From the sequence record NZ_CP137560.1: a DNA stretch of 64,000 nt, one strand, 5' to 3'. Every line of letters begins with the position of its first letter. Position 1 is the stretch's first letter. The notes beneath the pieces were generated by a model. That model was not told the DNA's origin. It saw only the letters and a program-made list of their open reading frames with translations, and ran no database searches. Origin of the DNA: a plasmid. The position numbers and the translations under genes were made by a program. Shown here piece by piece: positions 9,566 to 20,601 of this stretch.

Positions 9566-9984
9566 TTATAATCCCAACAAACACACTAAATCCCAATATG
9601 AAGAAGAACCAAAAGAACCACTGTACATAGTACCCAAGGTAACAGCTGTCATATTCCTCACATTGTCGCCTCGCTTTTCCAAAGTCTTATACGATAGAAA
9701 GTCCATAAACCCCTCGAAGATGCAGCATCTGTCCTGCCCTCCAACTTGCTGTGAATGTATCAAGGACATGTCTTTCTCACCCAAACAACCTTTATAATAT
9801 GGGTTACGCAGTTCATAACCATTGGTTTCGGCTGAAGTTCACCTTGAACGATGGCTTTGTCTCCGCATGCAATGGCGACAGATAATAAGAGGTGGACTTG
9901 CTGCATCGTTTGGGCTGATGTCCAAATACGCTCAGATAGTCCGTGAGTTTGATTTCCTTTGCTTGTTGTATGTTCATCTTTCAT
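9566..9984 (-). pseudogene. Remnants of a Toprim/primase-like gene from a mobilizable element.
   Basis: Two adjacent minus-strand ORF fragments. CCIFEGFMDFLSY resembles the Toprim motif of Bacteroides mobile-element primases. Coding is interrupted. Confidence 0.35.
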
Positions 9985-10084
9985 TCATTTTTTGTTCATT
10001 CGTGCGCTTATTACATATACACCAGAGTGAATGAACGGTTTTGTGAAGTCATTTTCTCGTATATAGCAGATATTAAAAACAAGA

Positions 10085-10262
10085 ATAGACTTAAGAGCCC
10101 CCTCGACAGAAAGAGCCTGCCGAGGGAAAGCGTTGGTGAAAATATCGTGGTTTGAACTGGAGCGTAGTGACCAACGATATGGGAAACTGCACTATGATGG
10201 CAGGAAATCCTGCCAAAATCATTAAAAGGCTATGCCGATAACGAGTTCTCTACCCAACGCTG
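10085..10262 (+). pseudogene. 3' fragment of a hexapeptide-repeat sugar O-acetyltransferase gene.
   Basis: ...ESVGENIVV* followed in another frame by GNCTMMAGNPAKIIKRL*, the typical acetyltransferase C-terminus. Frameshifted and lacking its N-terminus. Confidence 0.5.
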
Positions 10263-10268
10263 TGTTCA

Positions 10269-10904
10269 TCAATCCTTCTCCATAACAACAAGTTCTCTGG
10301 GGAGGTTGATAATTTTCAACCTCTCAAACCAAAGCTTGGTTGAAGTGCTTTGATGACGCTTGATGTGACTATTGATAATGTAATAGTCTGCTTGATATTC
10401 ATCCATCAAGTCAGAGAATGCTGCTTTGATTCGAGAGCACTTCTCATTGATAGCATTGTCCAGGGGATTGGTCAGACGATTCACGGTCTCCACCATTTTG
10501 TCAGGGCCTACCCTATTTCCCACCTCATTATATATTGCGAGCAATTCCTCACGGTAATCTATCAAGTTCTTAAACTCGATACCTTCTGGATGATTCAAAA
10601 AAAGCATATATAGAGACTTGTGAATAGGGCTAAGCATCACTTCCTTGTTTCCATAGTTAGGTAAAATGAAACGAAAGTCCTTGGTAATGACCAAGGGACT
10701 GAGCGTTGCCCTTGCCGCCTCGATGCGAAGTTGCTCAAGAACAGGCACACTGATAGCCTTAAGCAAAAGGTCTGTCCTGCCCTCTGCCAAAAGATCGGTG
10801 GAAAGCAACTTCACTTGTGTTGCTTTCTCCTCTGCGGTCATATTTCTTGCCTCTTCTTGCTTCATGGTGCAAAAATACAAAAAGAATGGGAAAAATAATT
10901 TCAC
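10269..10904 (-). CDS. Hypothetical protein. The likely true start is at MKQEEARNMTAEE (~10865).
   Basis: 211-aa ORF, divergent from the ftsZ-like gene. No recognised motifs. Confidence 0.5.
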   Translation of the reverse strand: MKLFFPFFLYFCTMKQEEARNMTAEEKATQVKLLSTDLLAEGRTDLLLKAISVPVLEQLRIEAARATLSPLVITKDFRFILPNYGNKEVMLSPIHKSLYMLFLNHPEGIEFKNLIDYREELLAIYNEVGNRVGPDKMVETVNRLTNPLDNAINEKCSRIKAAFSDLMDEYQADYYIINSHIKRHQSTSTKLWFERLKIINLPRELVVMEKD

Positions 10905-10965
10905 TCATTCCAAAAAATATCTTTTGCAAGGCTTGCGGACAAGAAAAACTTGCAATATTAATTTC

Positions 10966-10973
10966 TTTTATAT
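10966..10973 (+). promoter_or_regulatory. TATCTTTG (-7 TAnnTTTG) promoter element upstream of the ftsZ-like gene.
   Basis: Exact match ~30 nt upstream of ATG 11006. Confidence 0.35.
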
Positions 10974-11005
10974 ATCTTTGCCCAAAAATTAAAAAATGAT
11001 ATGCA

Positions 11006-12373
11006 ATGAAAGAAGAATGGACTCCCATAGATTTCGGACAGACTGAGGATACCACCAAGAACATCATCAAGGTCATTGGTGTTGGCGGTGGTGGCTGCAA
11101 TGCTGTCAAGAACATGTACGCTGAGGGTATTGTCAATGTGAGCTTTGCCGTCTGCAACACGGATAGCCAGTCGCTGTCCAAGTCGCCTGTGCCAGTAAAG
11201 ATTATGCTGGGCAAGAGTGGCTTGGGAGCTGGTGCCAATCCAGAGGTGGGTAGAAGCGAGGCACAGAATACTCAGGAAGACATCAAACGGCTCTTGAATG
11301 ACGGCACCAAGATGGTTTTCGTCACGGCGGGTATGGGTGGTGGCACTGGAACTGGTGCTGCACCAGTTATCGCGGGTATAGCCAAGGGGATGGGCATTCT
11401 AACGGTAGGCATCATCACCATTCCTTTCTACTTTGAAAAAAGGAAAAAAATCGTAAAGGCTCTTCAAGGTGTGGAAGAGATGCGCAAGAACGTGGATGCT
11501 TTACTCATCGTCAACAACGAACGTCTTTGTGATGTATATGCAGACTCAGAAATTACCGTAAAGGATGCTTTCAAACTGGCAGACAAGGTATTGAGTGATG
11601 CCACTAAAAGTATATCGGAGCTAATTACTGTAGAGGGAACCATCAATCTTGACTTCCGTGACATCGAGACTACCATCAAAAGCGGTGGTGGAGCTATCAT
11701 GGCCATGGGCAGAGCCAGTGGTGAAAGCAGAGTTCAGAATGCCATCAAGAATGCCTTGGATTCTCCCCTACTCTATGGCAGCGACATCGGCAATGCCCAG
11801 CGCATCCTCTTCAATATTTACACTTCCAGCAAGCACCCTATCTTTGTTAGAGAAATGCGAGAGATTGATGCTTTCTTTGATGAACTCAACCCGGATATTA
11901 AGGTAATTTGGGGCCTTTCTGACGACGATAGTCTGGATGAAGATGCCAAAGTTACCATCCTGGCAACCGGTCTGAACAATGAGATAGCGGAAGAAGTACC
12001 GGAAAACTCCACTATATCCAAGGATGAGGAAGATTACCAAAGAATCATAGACAAACTCTATCATCCAATAAGAGACAGTTTCAAAGCACGAAAAGATAAA
12101 ACTATTCAGAAAGAAAATATAGATAACAATCATTTGGACAATACTAAGAAAGAGTCTAAAGATGAAGATTTTAAGGCTGAAGCTGTTGAAGAAATGACTA
12201 AGGTTTCAATAAAAGACAATTCACACCCAACAAATGTCTCTGAAGAAACTTCTGAAAAACCATCAGAAACAAAGCCAAAACCATTAACTATGAAAGGGAG
12301 AATCAAAAATGGTCTTATAAAAATAGCAAAAGACTTGGAAATCATCACATATGATGAAGAAAACTACAAATAG
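11006..12373 (+). CDS. ftsZ: FtsZ-family tubulin-like GTPase. This is an orphan paralogue with a long K/E/D-rich C-terminal tail and no FtsA-binding C-terminal peptide.
   Basis: [14 protein letters not shown], tubulin signature [20 protein letters not shown] and [12 protein letters not shown] blocks. No ftsA or ftsQ neighbours. The C-terminus is [11 protein letters not shown]. Confidence 0.8.
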   Translation: MKEEWTPIDFGQTEDTTKNIIKVIGVGGGGCNAVKNMYAEGIVNVSFAVCNTDSQSLSKSPVPVKIMLGKSGLGAGANPEVGRSEAQNTQEDIKRLLNDGTKMVFVTAGMGGGTGTGAAPVIAGIAKGMGILTVGIITIPFYFEKRKKIVKALQGVEEMRKNVDALLIVNNERLCDVYADSEITVKDAFKLADKVLSDATKSISELITVEGTINLDFRDIETTIKSGGGAIMAMGRASGESRVQNAIKNALDSPLLYGSDIGNAQRILFNIYTSSKHPIFVREMREIDAFFDELNPDIKVIWGLSDDDSLDEDAKVTILATGLNNEIAEEVPENSTISKDEEDYQRIIDKLYHPIRDSFKARKDKTIQKENIDNNHLDNTKKESKDEDFKAEAVEEMTKVSIKDNSHPTNVSEETSEKPSETKPKPLTMKGRIKNGLIKIAKDLEIITYDEENYK

Positions 12374-12398
12374 CTTCCCCCCTTCTTAAATGATATAT

Positions 12399-12441
12399 CT
12401 GCAGTTATCTCTCTACCTTTAAGGTGTGAGTTAACTGCAGA
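12399..12441 (+). terminator. Hairpin terminator after the ftsZ-like gene.
   Basis: CTGCAGTTA...TAACTGCAG inverted repeat. Confidence 0.4.
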
Positions 12442-12456
12442 ATCAAAAACATTCCA

Positions 12457-12795
12457 TCAGTCAATGGCTATGCCAATCGTTAAGAAAGAAATATCAGAAA
12501 TTGCTTCCAAATGATGTTTACTTCCTGCTTTAACCAAGACATACGTATCCTTAGTAAATGGTATTTCCGAACCATCTACCCACAAAGTACCCTCACCAGA
12601 AAAACAAAGATAGTGTTCGTCCATTGTAAGATGTACATGATCCTCAACCACCTCCCCAGATAGAAGCTGCGTTTTAGCTATCTGAGTGACTGCTGAAGCG
12701 GTTTCATCATTGGCAAGTAATACTTGCTTCAGGCCTATTTGATGAGTCGTGGGAACAGGTACAATTTTCTGTAAATCTTTAATTACATATGCCAT
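12457..12795 (-). CDS. Cupin-domain small protein.
   Basis: GEVVEDHVHLTMDEHYLCFSGEGTLWVDG...VLVKAGSKHHLEA matches the cupin two-motif pattern (G(x)5HxH...G...H). Confidence 0.6.
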   Translation of the reverse strand: MAYVIKDLQKIVPVPTTHQIGLKQVLLANDETASAVTQIAKTQLLSGEVVEDHVHLTMDEHYLCFSGEGTLWVDGSEIPFTKDTYVLVKAGSKHHLEAISDISFLTIGIAID

Positions 12796-12962
12796 TTTTT
12801 TTATTCTAAATCAAAGATATTTATAATCAACTGATAATCAGTTAGTTAAAAGTTACATAGACATATATACATATAAACTCATTAATACGTTTACACTATT
12901 ACACGTTTACGCATTTATTCAAAATCAAAATAAAAGGAGAGTATTAAATACCCTCCCTATTT

Positions 12963-13481
12963 TTAGAATAATCCTTTTTTCTGTATTGCATTTTTTATCT
13001 CAGCCAATTCACTGGCATTTTTCTCAATAAAAGTTCTAAGAGCTGCACACAGAACCGTACGGATAGAAAATCTTGGGTCATAATCCTTCAGGATGGAAAA
13101 TGAATCTACTAATTCATCATTAAGCCATACAGCTCTTCCTCGCCCCGGTTGACCTGCATAATAATCAACATACTTATTGAAAATGTCCATTTCTGAATCT
13201 TTTTCACCTATTTCAATGGATCTTTCAGATAACTTTGTGGACTTCCTATATTTACCATATTGGGACTCCCCTACTTCCACGTCTGGTTGTTTTTTAACAG
13301 AAGAAGCAGCAACATGCGCAGAGACAGGCTCTTCTTTAGCAACCTCAGGGGTTTGTACTTGTTGGTCATTCTTATTTTCCTTACCTACGGTCTTTTGACC
13401 ATGCATATTCTGAACCATGCCCTCCAAATCAGGAGAAAGACCAATCAACTGATCAGCAGGAATCTGTTTATTACGAATCAT
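12963..13481 (-). CDS. DUF3408-like protein, the ParA-associated partner typical of Bacteroidales plasmids and conjugative transposons.
   Basis: Sits immediately downstream of ParA in an operon-like arrangement. The C-terminal helical segment resembles Bacteroides DUF3408 proteins. Confidence 0.4.
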   Translation of the reverse strand: MIRNKQIPADQLIGLSPDLEGMVQNMHGQKTVGKENKNDQQVQTPEVAKEEPVSAHVAASSVKKQPDVEVGESQYGKYRKSTKLSERSIEIGEKDSEMDIFNKYVDYYAGQPGRGRAVWLNDELVDSFSILKDYDPRFSIRTVLCAALRTFIEKNASELAEIKNAIQKKGLF

Positions 13482-13486
13482 AAGCT

Positions 13487-14173
13487 TTACTTGGATTTAG
13501 GATAGATAATTTTATTAATTGCTTTAAAAGTTGGCTCAACTGCCTTTTTCTGAGAAGGCAGCAATTGAAGTGTATTGTAACGTTGAATATCTGCCAAGGC
13601 ACGAATACTCTTAACTATCTTACCAAAACCGGCCAAGAGAGAATCTGTAGCCGACCAGGTAGAAAGTTCAGCCTTAGTTCCAATTCTGGTATCAATTCTG
13701 TTTGGAACAAGAATAATCTCTGGATTCATATCCTCATATGTGGCTTGAAGCATATTGATTACCTTCAAAAAAGTGGAAGTAGAACCAATACATCCCTTTT
13801 CATATTGATAAGGGGTTACAATGACATCGGCACCAACAAAAATTGGAACCAAACCCTCTTGGGCAATATTACCAGGAGCATCAATCAATACGGTACCAGG
13901 AATTTCTTTAGCCTTTTGAATCATTTTAGCCACATCCTTTGGATCCTTAATACTAAATGCCTGAACAGAGTAAGGTATTACATCATCCTCCTCCATCAGA
14001 TTATTCTCATCAAACTGACGAGTTTGAAAGATGGTCTGCTGCATATCACAATCTATAACACAAAGAGGATAACCCTGCTCATGTAAATAGTTTGCATATA
14101 AAATACAAAGAGTAGTTTTACCCACACCACCCTTTTGGTTTGCGAATACTATTATTTTATTTTGATTCTTCAT
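13487..14173 (-). CDS. parA: ParA/MinD-family partition ATPase.
   Basis: Deviant Walker A KIIVFANQKGGVGKTT. 228 aa. Confidence 0.85.
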   Translation of the reverse strand: MKNQNKIIVFANQKGGVGKTTLCILYANYLHEQGYPLCVIDCDMQQTIFQTRQFDENNLMEEDDVIPYSVQAFSIKDPKDVAKMIQKAKEIPGTVLIDAPGNIAQEGLVPIFVGADVIVTPYQYEKGCIGSTSTFLKVINMLQATYEDMNPEIILVPNRIDTRIGTKAELSTWSATDSLLAGFGKIVKSIRALADIQRYNTLQLLPSQKKAVEPTFKAINKIIYPKSK

Positions 14174-14199
14174 ACTTGTATGACATTTTTAATATGGCA

Positions 14200-16700
14200 C
14201 AAAGATAAGCATAAAAATCTAAAGAACATCAAAGAAAGCTGAAAATAGATAGATTTTTATACTTATTTAATAAAAACATAGATATATAGACACATTTACA
14301 GCATTATATATCGATACATTTATGCGTTTACTTGTTTATACATTTATTTTTAAACGCCATTTTTTAAGCAAAATAGTGTTATTCATCTGTATTTCAACAC
14401 ATTTCACAATCAGAAGAAAACATTCAAATTACAAATATTACACGTTAACGTATTGACGTTTTTACATGTTTATCTAGAGAATTTATTTCAAAAAGCATTG
14501 ATTTTAAATAGAAATAATAGATACATTAACGTATTTATCCGTATATGTATTTATTTATAAATATATCTATCCGTAAATGTATTTACCCAGATCTTCACAG
14601 AACACTCCCCTACCCTAGAATTTAGGAACCACAGATTATACAGCAAAAAGTTATGCATTATCATCGACCACAAAAATAACGAGACCTTTATCCTTACCTG
14701 TAATTCGTGATACAGTATACAATAAGCACGTAGAATAGAAAAAACAACAGCTTACAACAACGGATAAAGTAGTTCTAAGAATATAAAGGTATACCATTAT
14801 CCTCTGGCGCTTATTAGCATACTTATAATTCGGAACTAATCAAAGAAAAAAAATCATTCCGGAAAAAACGACATAATTAAACACAAGACCAGAAGCACAA
14901 ATCAGGTTAACGCATATAGCTATATACATATTTACATGTTTACTTATCAACATTTTAAGCAATTTACTTCAAAAAAAAACAAATAGACAAAACGCTCAGA
15001 AAAAGAAATGATTCTCAAGACAATTTCAGAATTTATACAAAAGAAGATAAATAACACACGTTTACTTATTACTAAATTGACGGATATACATGTTTACACA
15101 TCCATAAGTTGATACGTATATTAATTAATATATTAACGCTTTGATGACATCGATACATAGACTCGTAAAAAAGTATAGACTTACAGATTAAGGCAGGTGA
15201 ATTGAGATTGAGATTGATCTACTATAAATTCAAGTTGCTGCAAGAAATCATATAAAAAAAGCACAAACGTATTTACACGTTGATTTATATATACATGGAC
15301 GTATTTATTTATTAATGTTATAACACGTATACATATTATCATATATACTTAACTAAAACCATTTTTATTGGTAAACTTATTAATGCCTAACATTCTCTTT
15401 GAGCGAATCAAAGCAAACTATGAAGCCAACAAAAAAAACGCAAATTTAAGATAAACCCAAAAGTTATATACCAGTTAAACAAAATCACCACAAAAGGTAG
15501 TGGGGGAGCATTTACTTATAAACACATTTACACATCTACATATAAATATCACATTAAAAGTAAAACATATATGGATTTATATATTGACGTGTAAATGTGT
15601 TAACAATTTAGAGATAAATTCCGATAAATCATTAAGAAACAGACATCTATAAGCAATAGACACATTTATGTATCAACGTGTAAATGTTTAAAAGCCAGAA
15701 AAAAGAGATAAAAACCAAGATAATGAGCAAATAAATGAAAAAAAATACAATTGACGTATTTACGTATAAACGTATAGATATATAAATCTATAAACAGATA
15801 ACTGTTACAGGTCATAGATGAATGACGAAAAAGCAAAAAGAAAGATCACCACTAATAAAAAAAGCAAAAATAACCATCTAAAAGACACAACACATAATTT
15901 TTTTGCCTTAAGGGAGACTTTGAAGAAGAATGGTACAAATCCACCTCAAAACAATAAAAAGAGCACAGAACGCAAATAAAAGCACAAGAACAGCATTTTT
16001 TTACGTTGATATTACAATTAGAGCAGTAATCTATTCTTTTTAAAAAGCATTTTTATTATCAAACCTAAATTCTAGAATCATTAAAAATAAAATTAAACTC
16101 TCAGAAGCTTCATAACAAAAAGCACAATAAAGCATTTATACGCTTACGTATTTACGCACATACGTGTTTACTTGTTTACCTGTTAACTTATTAACGTATA
16201 AATACATTAATAAAATAACTCATGAAAATAAACGAAGATTCAAGTAAGCAAAACCTAATACTATGAACAAAAAAGACGAAGTATCATGATAAAATAATGC
16301 AGAACATACTAAGTTTCATATGGAGTAGGAGGTAGATCGTCTCATAAAGCCAGATGATACAACCGTAATCAATAAACTTATAGACATATTAACGCGTTTA
16401 CTTGTTGATACATAAACTTATAAATCATCGGAAGAAAAAAAACAGAATTCAGGATTCCTCAGATCAAAGAACATACATAACAAACAGCAATGAACACATT
16501 TACACATTTACTTGTTGACGCTTTAACATATTAACGTATTAATTTAAAAAACATTTTTTCATAAGAAAATGAAATTTTAAGAGGAAAAATGAAAAAATCA
16601 AAATAAAAACATAAGTTTTTAATTGCACCTTTTGGATTTACAAAAAAAACATGTATCTTTGTAAGCGATTTAATTTTAAACCTATCTAGCACACGATTCT
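14200..16700. repeat. 2.5-kb ORF-free, extremely AT-rich region holding more than 30 copies of a 9-10-nt motif (A)CRT(A/G)TTTAC (also seen as CACATTTAC and CGTTTAC) in both orientations. Candidate centromere or iteron field.
   Basis: Direct reading gives examples such as aacgtatttacacgttg (15265), cacatttacacatttacttgttgacg (16497), ttgacgtgtaaatgtg (15582), and cgtatttacgcacatacgtgtttacttgtttacc (16150). The six-frame track shows no ORF of 60 aa or longer. Confidence 0.75.
16653..16660 (+). promoter_or_regulatory. TATCTTTG (-7) with a TTTG element ~20 nt upstream. Candidate promoter of the rep gene.
   Basis: ...ttttggatttacaaaaaaaacatgTATCTTTGtaag. Confidence 0.35.
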
Positions 16701-16766
16701 GTTTGTATAATTGGTCTTAAATGGCTATATACCAGCCTATGAAGCATCTGGCAAGACAGAATCGTA

Positions 16767-18035
16767 TTGACTAGAGAACTTAACAAAAGGAGTAACAATA
16801 TGCCAGAAAATAAAAAAAATGAAATACAAAATTCAAGCGTGGGAGAGATTTGGATAAATACCCCATTCTCATTCACAAAAATAGACAAGCAATATACCCT
16901 TGCTCAACAACACGTTCTATTTTGCGTAAGTTCGCATTTACAGGAATACGTTACAAGATATTTCAATGAAAAGCGAGAAAAAGGAAATTTACGCTCAGAC
17001 TACATGTTTGAGGTGGACAAAGAACATGTGGCTATGAATGTGCCTAGGATAAGGATCAAATTAAGCGAATTAGGGATAGAATCAAGCCATTACAAAGATG
17101 CACGTAAAACATTGAAAGATCTATTGGACTTCAGTGTAAGAATAAAGATTGACGGAAAAGCAGTAATTCAGCACGTCTTTTCAAACATCACTGAGGACAT
17201 CGTAACCAATGGATACACAAAAGATGGCGTTTCCTATGACAGGTCTAAAGGTGAAGTAGAATTGAAGATTGACCCAGTTGTGGCAAAATACGCATTTGAC
17301 ATGAGCCAGGGTTTTATTCACCATATGGCCTTAATTGCTCGTTATGCTAGCAGACTGAACACGCCAAGAGTTTATCTCTTTCTTCTGCGGCAGATGGGAA
17401 TCAACAATAAAATGACGATAAAGATACCTTTCATGCAATTAAAGGAATATTTGGGAATGGCTAAAATTGCAGAAGACGGGACTGTAGAAGAAGAACAATA
17501 CCCAAAATTCTCTCAATTTAAGAAACAGGTACTTGACGCTGTTCAAAAAGATTTTGCAAAATTGAGCAAGGAAGACAAAATTGATATCATATTCACAGAT
17601 TGTACTCCAGTTTACAAAAGAGGAAAATCTCGGGGAAATCCAGAAGAACTGATATTCAAAATTAAGAGAACTGCACTGGGTAAAGCTCACATCAATGGAA
17701 AAACCATGGAAAAGAGGGACTCAACACCATCGAAGAAATCGAAGCAGCCTGAAATGGGTGACTTATTTGCCCATGTTGCTCAATCAGAAGATCAAAAAAT
17801 TAAAATAGAGCAGGGTGGGGAAGACAAATGGAAAGAATTCCTCTCGATGGTAATAGATCCTGCTCAACAAGCACTTTTAAAAAGAATAGAATTCCTGGGC
17901 ATGAAGAATCAGAGATTCTGTGTGAGAGCAACAGAGGAAGACTTTGATTTATTAAAGAAACTGGGAGTAGAAAAAGTAGCTCAGCAATATTTCAACTGTG
18001 TAGGTTCATACTCACCTACTTTTTATGCAGGTTAA
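16767..18035 (+). CDS. rep: Plasmid replication initiator (Rep_3/RepB-like winged-helix initiator).
   Basis: The N-terminal block FTKIDKQYTLAQQHVLFCVSSHLQEY resembles the Rep_3 'LSLxEQKLLLxxISKI' DNA-binding region. It lies between two iteron-rich noncoding regions. Confidence 0.55.
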   Translation: MTRELNKRSNNMPENKKNEIQNSSVGEIWINTPFSFTKIDKQYTLAQQHVLFCVSSHLQEYVTRYFNEKREKGNLRSDYMFEVDKEHVAMNVPRIRIKLSELGIESSHYKDARKTLKDLLDFSVRIKIDGKAVIQHVFSNITEDIVTNGYTKDGVSYDRSKGEVELKIDPVVAKYAFDMSQGFIHHMALIARYASRLNTPRVYLFLLRQMGINNKMTIKIPFMQLKEYLGMAKIAEDGTVEEEQYPKFSQFKKQVLDAVQKDFAKLSKEDKIDIIFTDCTPVYKRGKSRGNPEELIFKIKRTALGKAHINGKTMEKRDSTPSKKSKQPEMGDLFAHVAQSEDQKIKIEQGGEDKWKEFLSMVIDPAQQALLKRIEFLGMKNQRFCVRATEEDFDLLKKLGVEKVAQQYFNCVGSYSPTFYAG

Positions 18036-18045
18036 ATACGAATAT

Positions 18046-18095
18046 AGCCGTAGATTATACCAGATAATCTATGGCTATATTTTTTATTTTTAAAA
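18046..18095 (+). terminator. Rho-independent terminator after rep.
   Basis: atatagccgtagatt...aatctatggctatat hairpin followed by ttttttattttt. Confidence 0.5.
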
Positions 18096-18099
18096 CCAA

Positions 18100-20200
18100 A
18101 AATCAAAGCAAATATCTACGAATCTGTTTACCTCAAAAATGCTATCTTGTTGATATTCAATATGTTAACTTAATATTTATAGTTTTCAACAAAGCTTTTT
18201 GAAAAAAATGTATTTCACATAAAAAATTGCTATACGTCTGATTATCAGTAACTTACTACTCATGTGGTAAACGAATTCGTAGATATCAAAGATTACTTTT
18301 CATTATATTCTTGTATAAAACTACGAAACCATGTACCTAAAAATCTATAAATACCTGAGTTCTTGGACTTTAACTATTTAAGAAAAGCCAGCAAAAAAAA
18401 TAAAAAATATTCATAATATTCATGATTTAAACTCGTAACTATCTGATTTTCTGTTATTTACAAAACATAAAGTACATAGTTTCGTAGATAATAGACCGTG
18501 GCAAAATAGTTTCATGCTTGACTAGAAAATAAACAGAAAGCAATTATAATAATCTTTTTAAAAAAAATTCGAATATCTACGAAATCATTTACCATATATA
18601 TGCTAACTTGTTGTATATCAACTACTTAGAATATTAAATACTTAAAGTAAATTTCTTTTAAAAATTAGAATTAGATAGATTATTAATATTACGGACATTC
18701 TAATTGCTTGGTAATCAGATAGTTTGCTCGTTCTTTGTACATGGTTTCGTAGATATAGGTACATAGTTTCGTAGATGTAGGTAAACAGTTTCGTAGTTTT
18801 AGGTACATAGTTTCGTAGTTTAAAGTAAACAGTTTCGTAGATGAAGCAATTTTAGTTATAACAAAATTAGAAACTTTCATCATAGAGTAGGGGATTAAGA
18901 ATGTATTTTCTGTTGTGAGTCTTTTATCGTGGATCCGCACTCAGATGAATCCATTGTCTTTTACCTAATGCGGGCGTTTGGTTACTTAGCTTCAAGACAT
19001 TATAATCAAGATGGTGCGTATAGCTTGTACTATTTCTGGTCTAGTTTCCAATACCAATTGCATCTGCGGTTGGTTATATGCTCATACCGCCAGTTCAATT
19101 CCTTACGGATCAGCCCTCTATGAGGTTAAAAAGGGAGAGCTTATGATACTTCTTCTGGGTGGTAGAATGATAGTCTTTTGGAAGCAGGGTATGGCATTAC
19201 TCATCGTCATATACATCATTGCACTACACCAAGGCTATACCTATGAAAGCATCATTCCTTAGACATATCTTTACCTTGGTAATTAGTTTCTGTTGTCGGA
19301 CAAGAAAGAGGTGTATTTGGATTCTTAACAAACTCGATTTTTCTCATTAGAATTATATTGCATCAGGGCAAATAGCTTTTGGTCAATTCCTTTTATGTCA
19401 TTTTTACCATCCCAAAAAGAAGAAAAAACTACGAAAGTGTTTACTTTAATTGGTTTAAATGGTTGATTATTAGGGTATTAGCGTATATTTTTATTGCAAA
19501 AACACATCGTTTTTAGGAGTATTTAAAGTAAACTTGTTGTTTACAACTAATACATAACGTATTGATTTACAGGAATTTAGAGTATTTAAGGTAAACGGAT
19601 AAGAAATACAAGGTAAAATTCTATAATGAGCATATTTGATATCTACGAAATCATTTACCTGCTTTTTGTATCTGCTTGAAATAGTGTGAGTTACAGAGTA
19701 ACTAAAAAAAACAATAAAATCTCTATGGTTAAAGTAAAACATAGAAAAAATAGTGTAATGCGTTATATTTCAGATGTTTATAAAAACAAAGTAAATAGTT
19801 TCGTATATATATATTGTTTTTATCACGTATTGTTTTAAGGGCTCTTCTTATATTTGCAATCTATGCAAATGATTAGAATGAATACAATAGCCTTTGAACT
19901 TAAAGACTCATCCTTTCAATTCTTATCTACGAAACTATTTACCTTAAAATCTATAAGTAATTGATAATCAGACGATTATCTTGTTTCTTTAGTGAATAAA
20001 AATTATTTTTAAAGATTTAGATTACATCATTATATATATTTACATTTTGTCTAAGATATTGATATACAGATAGTTATGAGTTTTAAGGTAAACACTTTCG
20101 TAGATATAGGTAAATGATTTCGTAGATATAGGTACATAGTTTCGTAGATGTAGGTACATAGTTTCGTAGTTTAAAGTAAACAGTTTCGTAGATAGAGGGC
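18100..20200. repeat. Iteron region: about 20 copies of a ~22-bp unit GTAMAYAGTTTCGTAGATRTAG in both orientations. Includes two tandem arrays at 18730-18835 (5 copies) and 20087-20195 (5-6 copies).
   Basis: Direct reading: ...catggtttcgtagatataggtacatagtttcgtagatgtaggtaaacagtttcgtagttttaggtacatagtttcgtagtttaaagtaaacagtttcgtagatg. The same array recurs at 20087. Dispersed inverted copies (atctacgaaatcatttacc) lie at 18578, 19640 and 19924. Confidence 0.85.
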
Positions 20201-20601
20201 TTTGGTTTGCTATAAGAATTGTTGAGTCTAGAACTAAAGTTTTTCCTATCTTTATATCCTCATCATTTTTTATAGATGCTAATTATCATCTCATGGCTTT
20301 TTAACGTGCAAAATTATAATAGTGAAGACAGATACCAAACACCAATTCTTTATAAGTAGAGAATCTTTTTCAGCAGTCTTCCTGAATCATAGATTAAGGT
20401 ATTCTAAAAATGATTCTCTGCTGATTGTTTGGTTTTCTGTCTTTTGTCCCTAATATATTAAAAGCACGTAAAAAGGCTATGTGATGATGGTTATGCCGGA
20501 ATGAAAAAAAACTCGGATTTCAGATAAGATAAGTTCTAAAAAGGCTGTGAATCCAAAAATCCAGAATGATATTAATGTTAAACATTTAAATTGAAAAGAA
20601 C

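Noticed and set aside
11006-12373. FtsZ considered as the chromosomal division gene within a dcw cluster
   Set aside because: No ftsA, ftsQ or mur genes are adjacent. The neighbours are a cupin gene, parA and plasmid rep. The C-terminal FtsA-binding peptide is absent. It was treated as a paralogue instead.
18730-20195. Tandem 22-bp repeat arrays considered as CRISPR arrays
   Set aside because: The repeats abut one another with no unique spacers. They recur in both orientations as singletons and sit beside a Rep initiator gene. They are classic iterons, not CRISPR.
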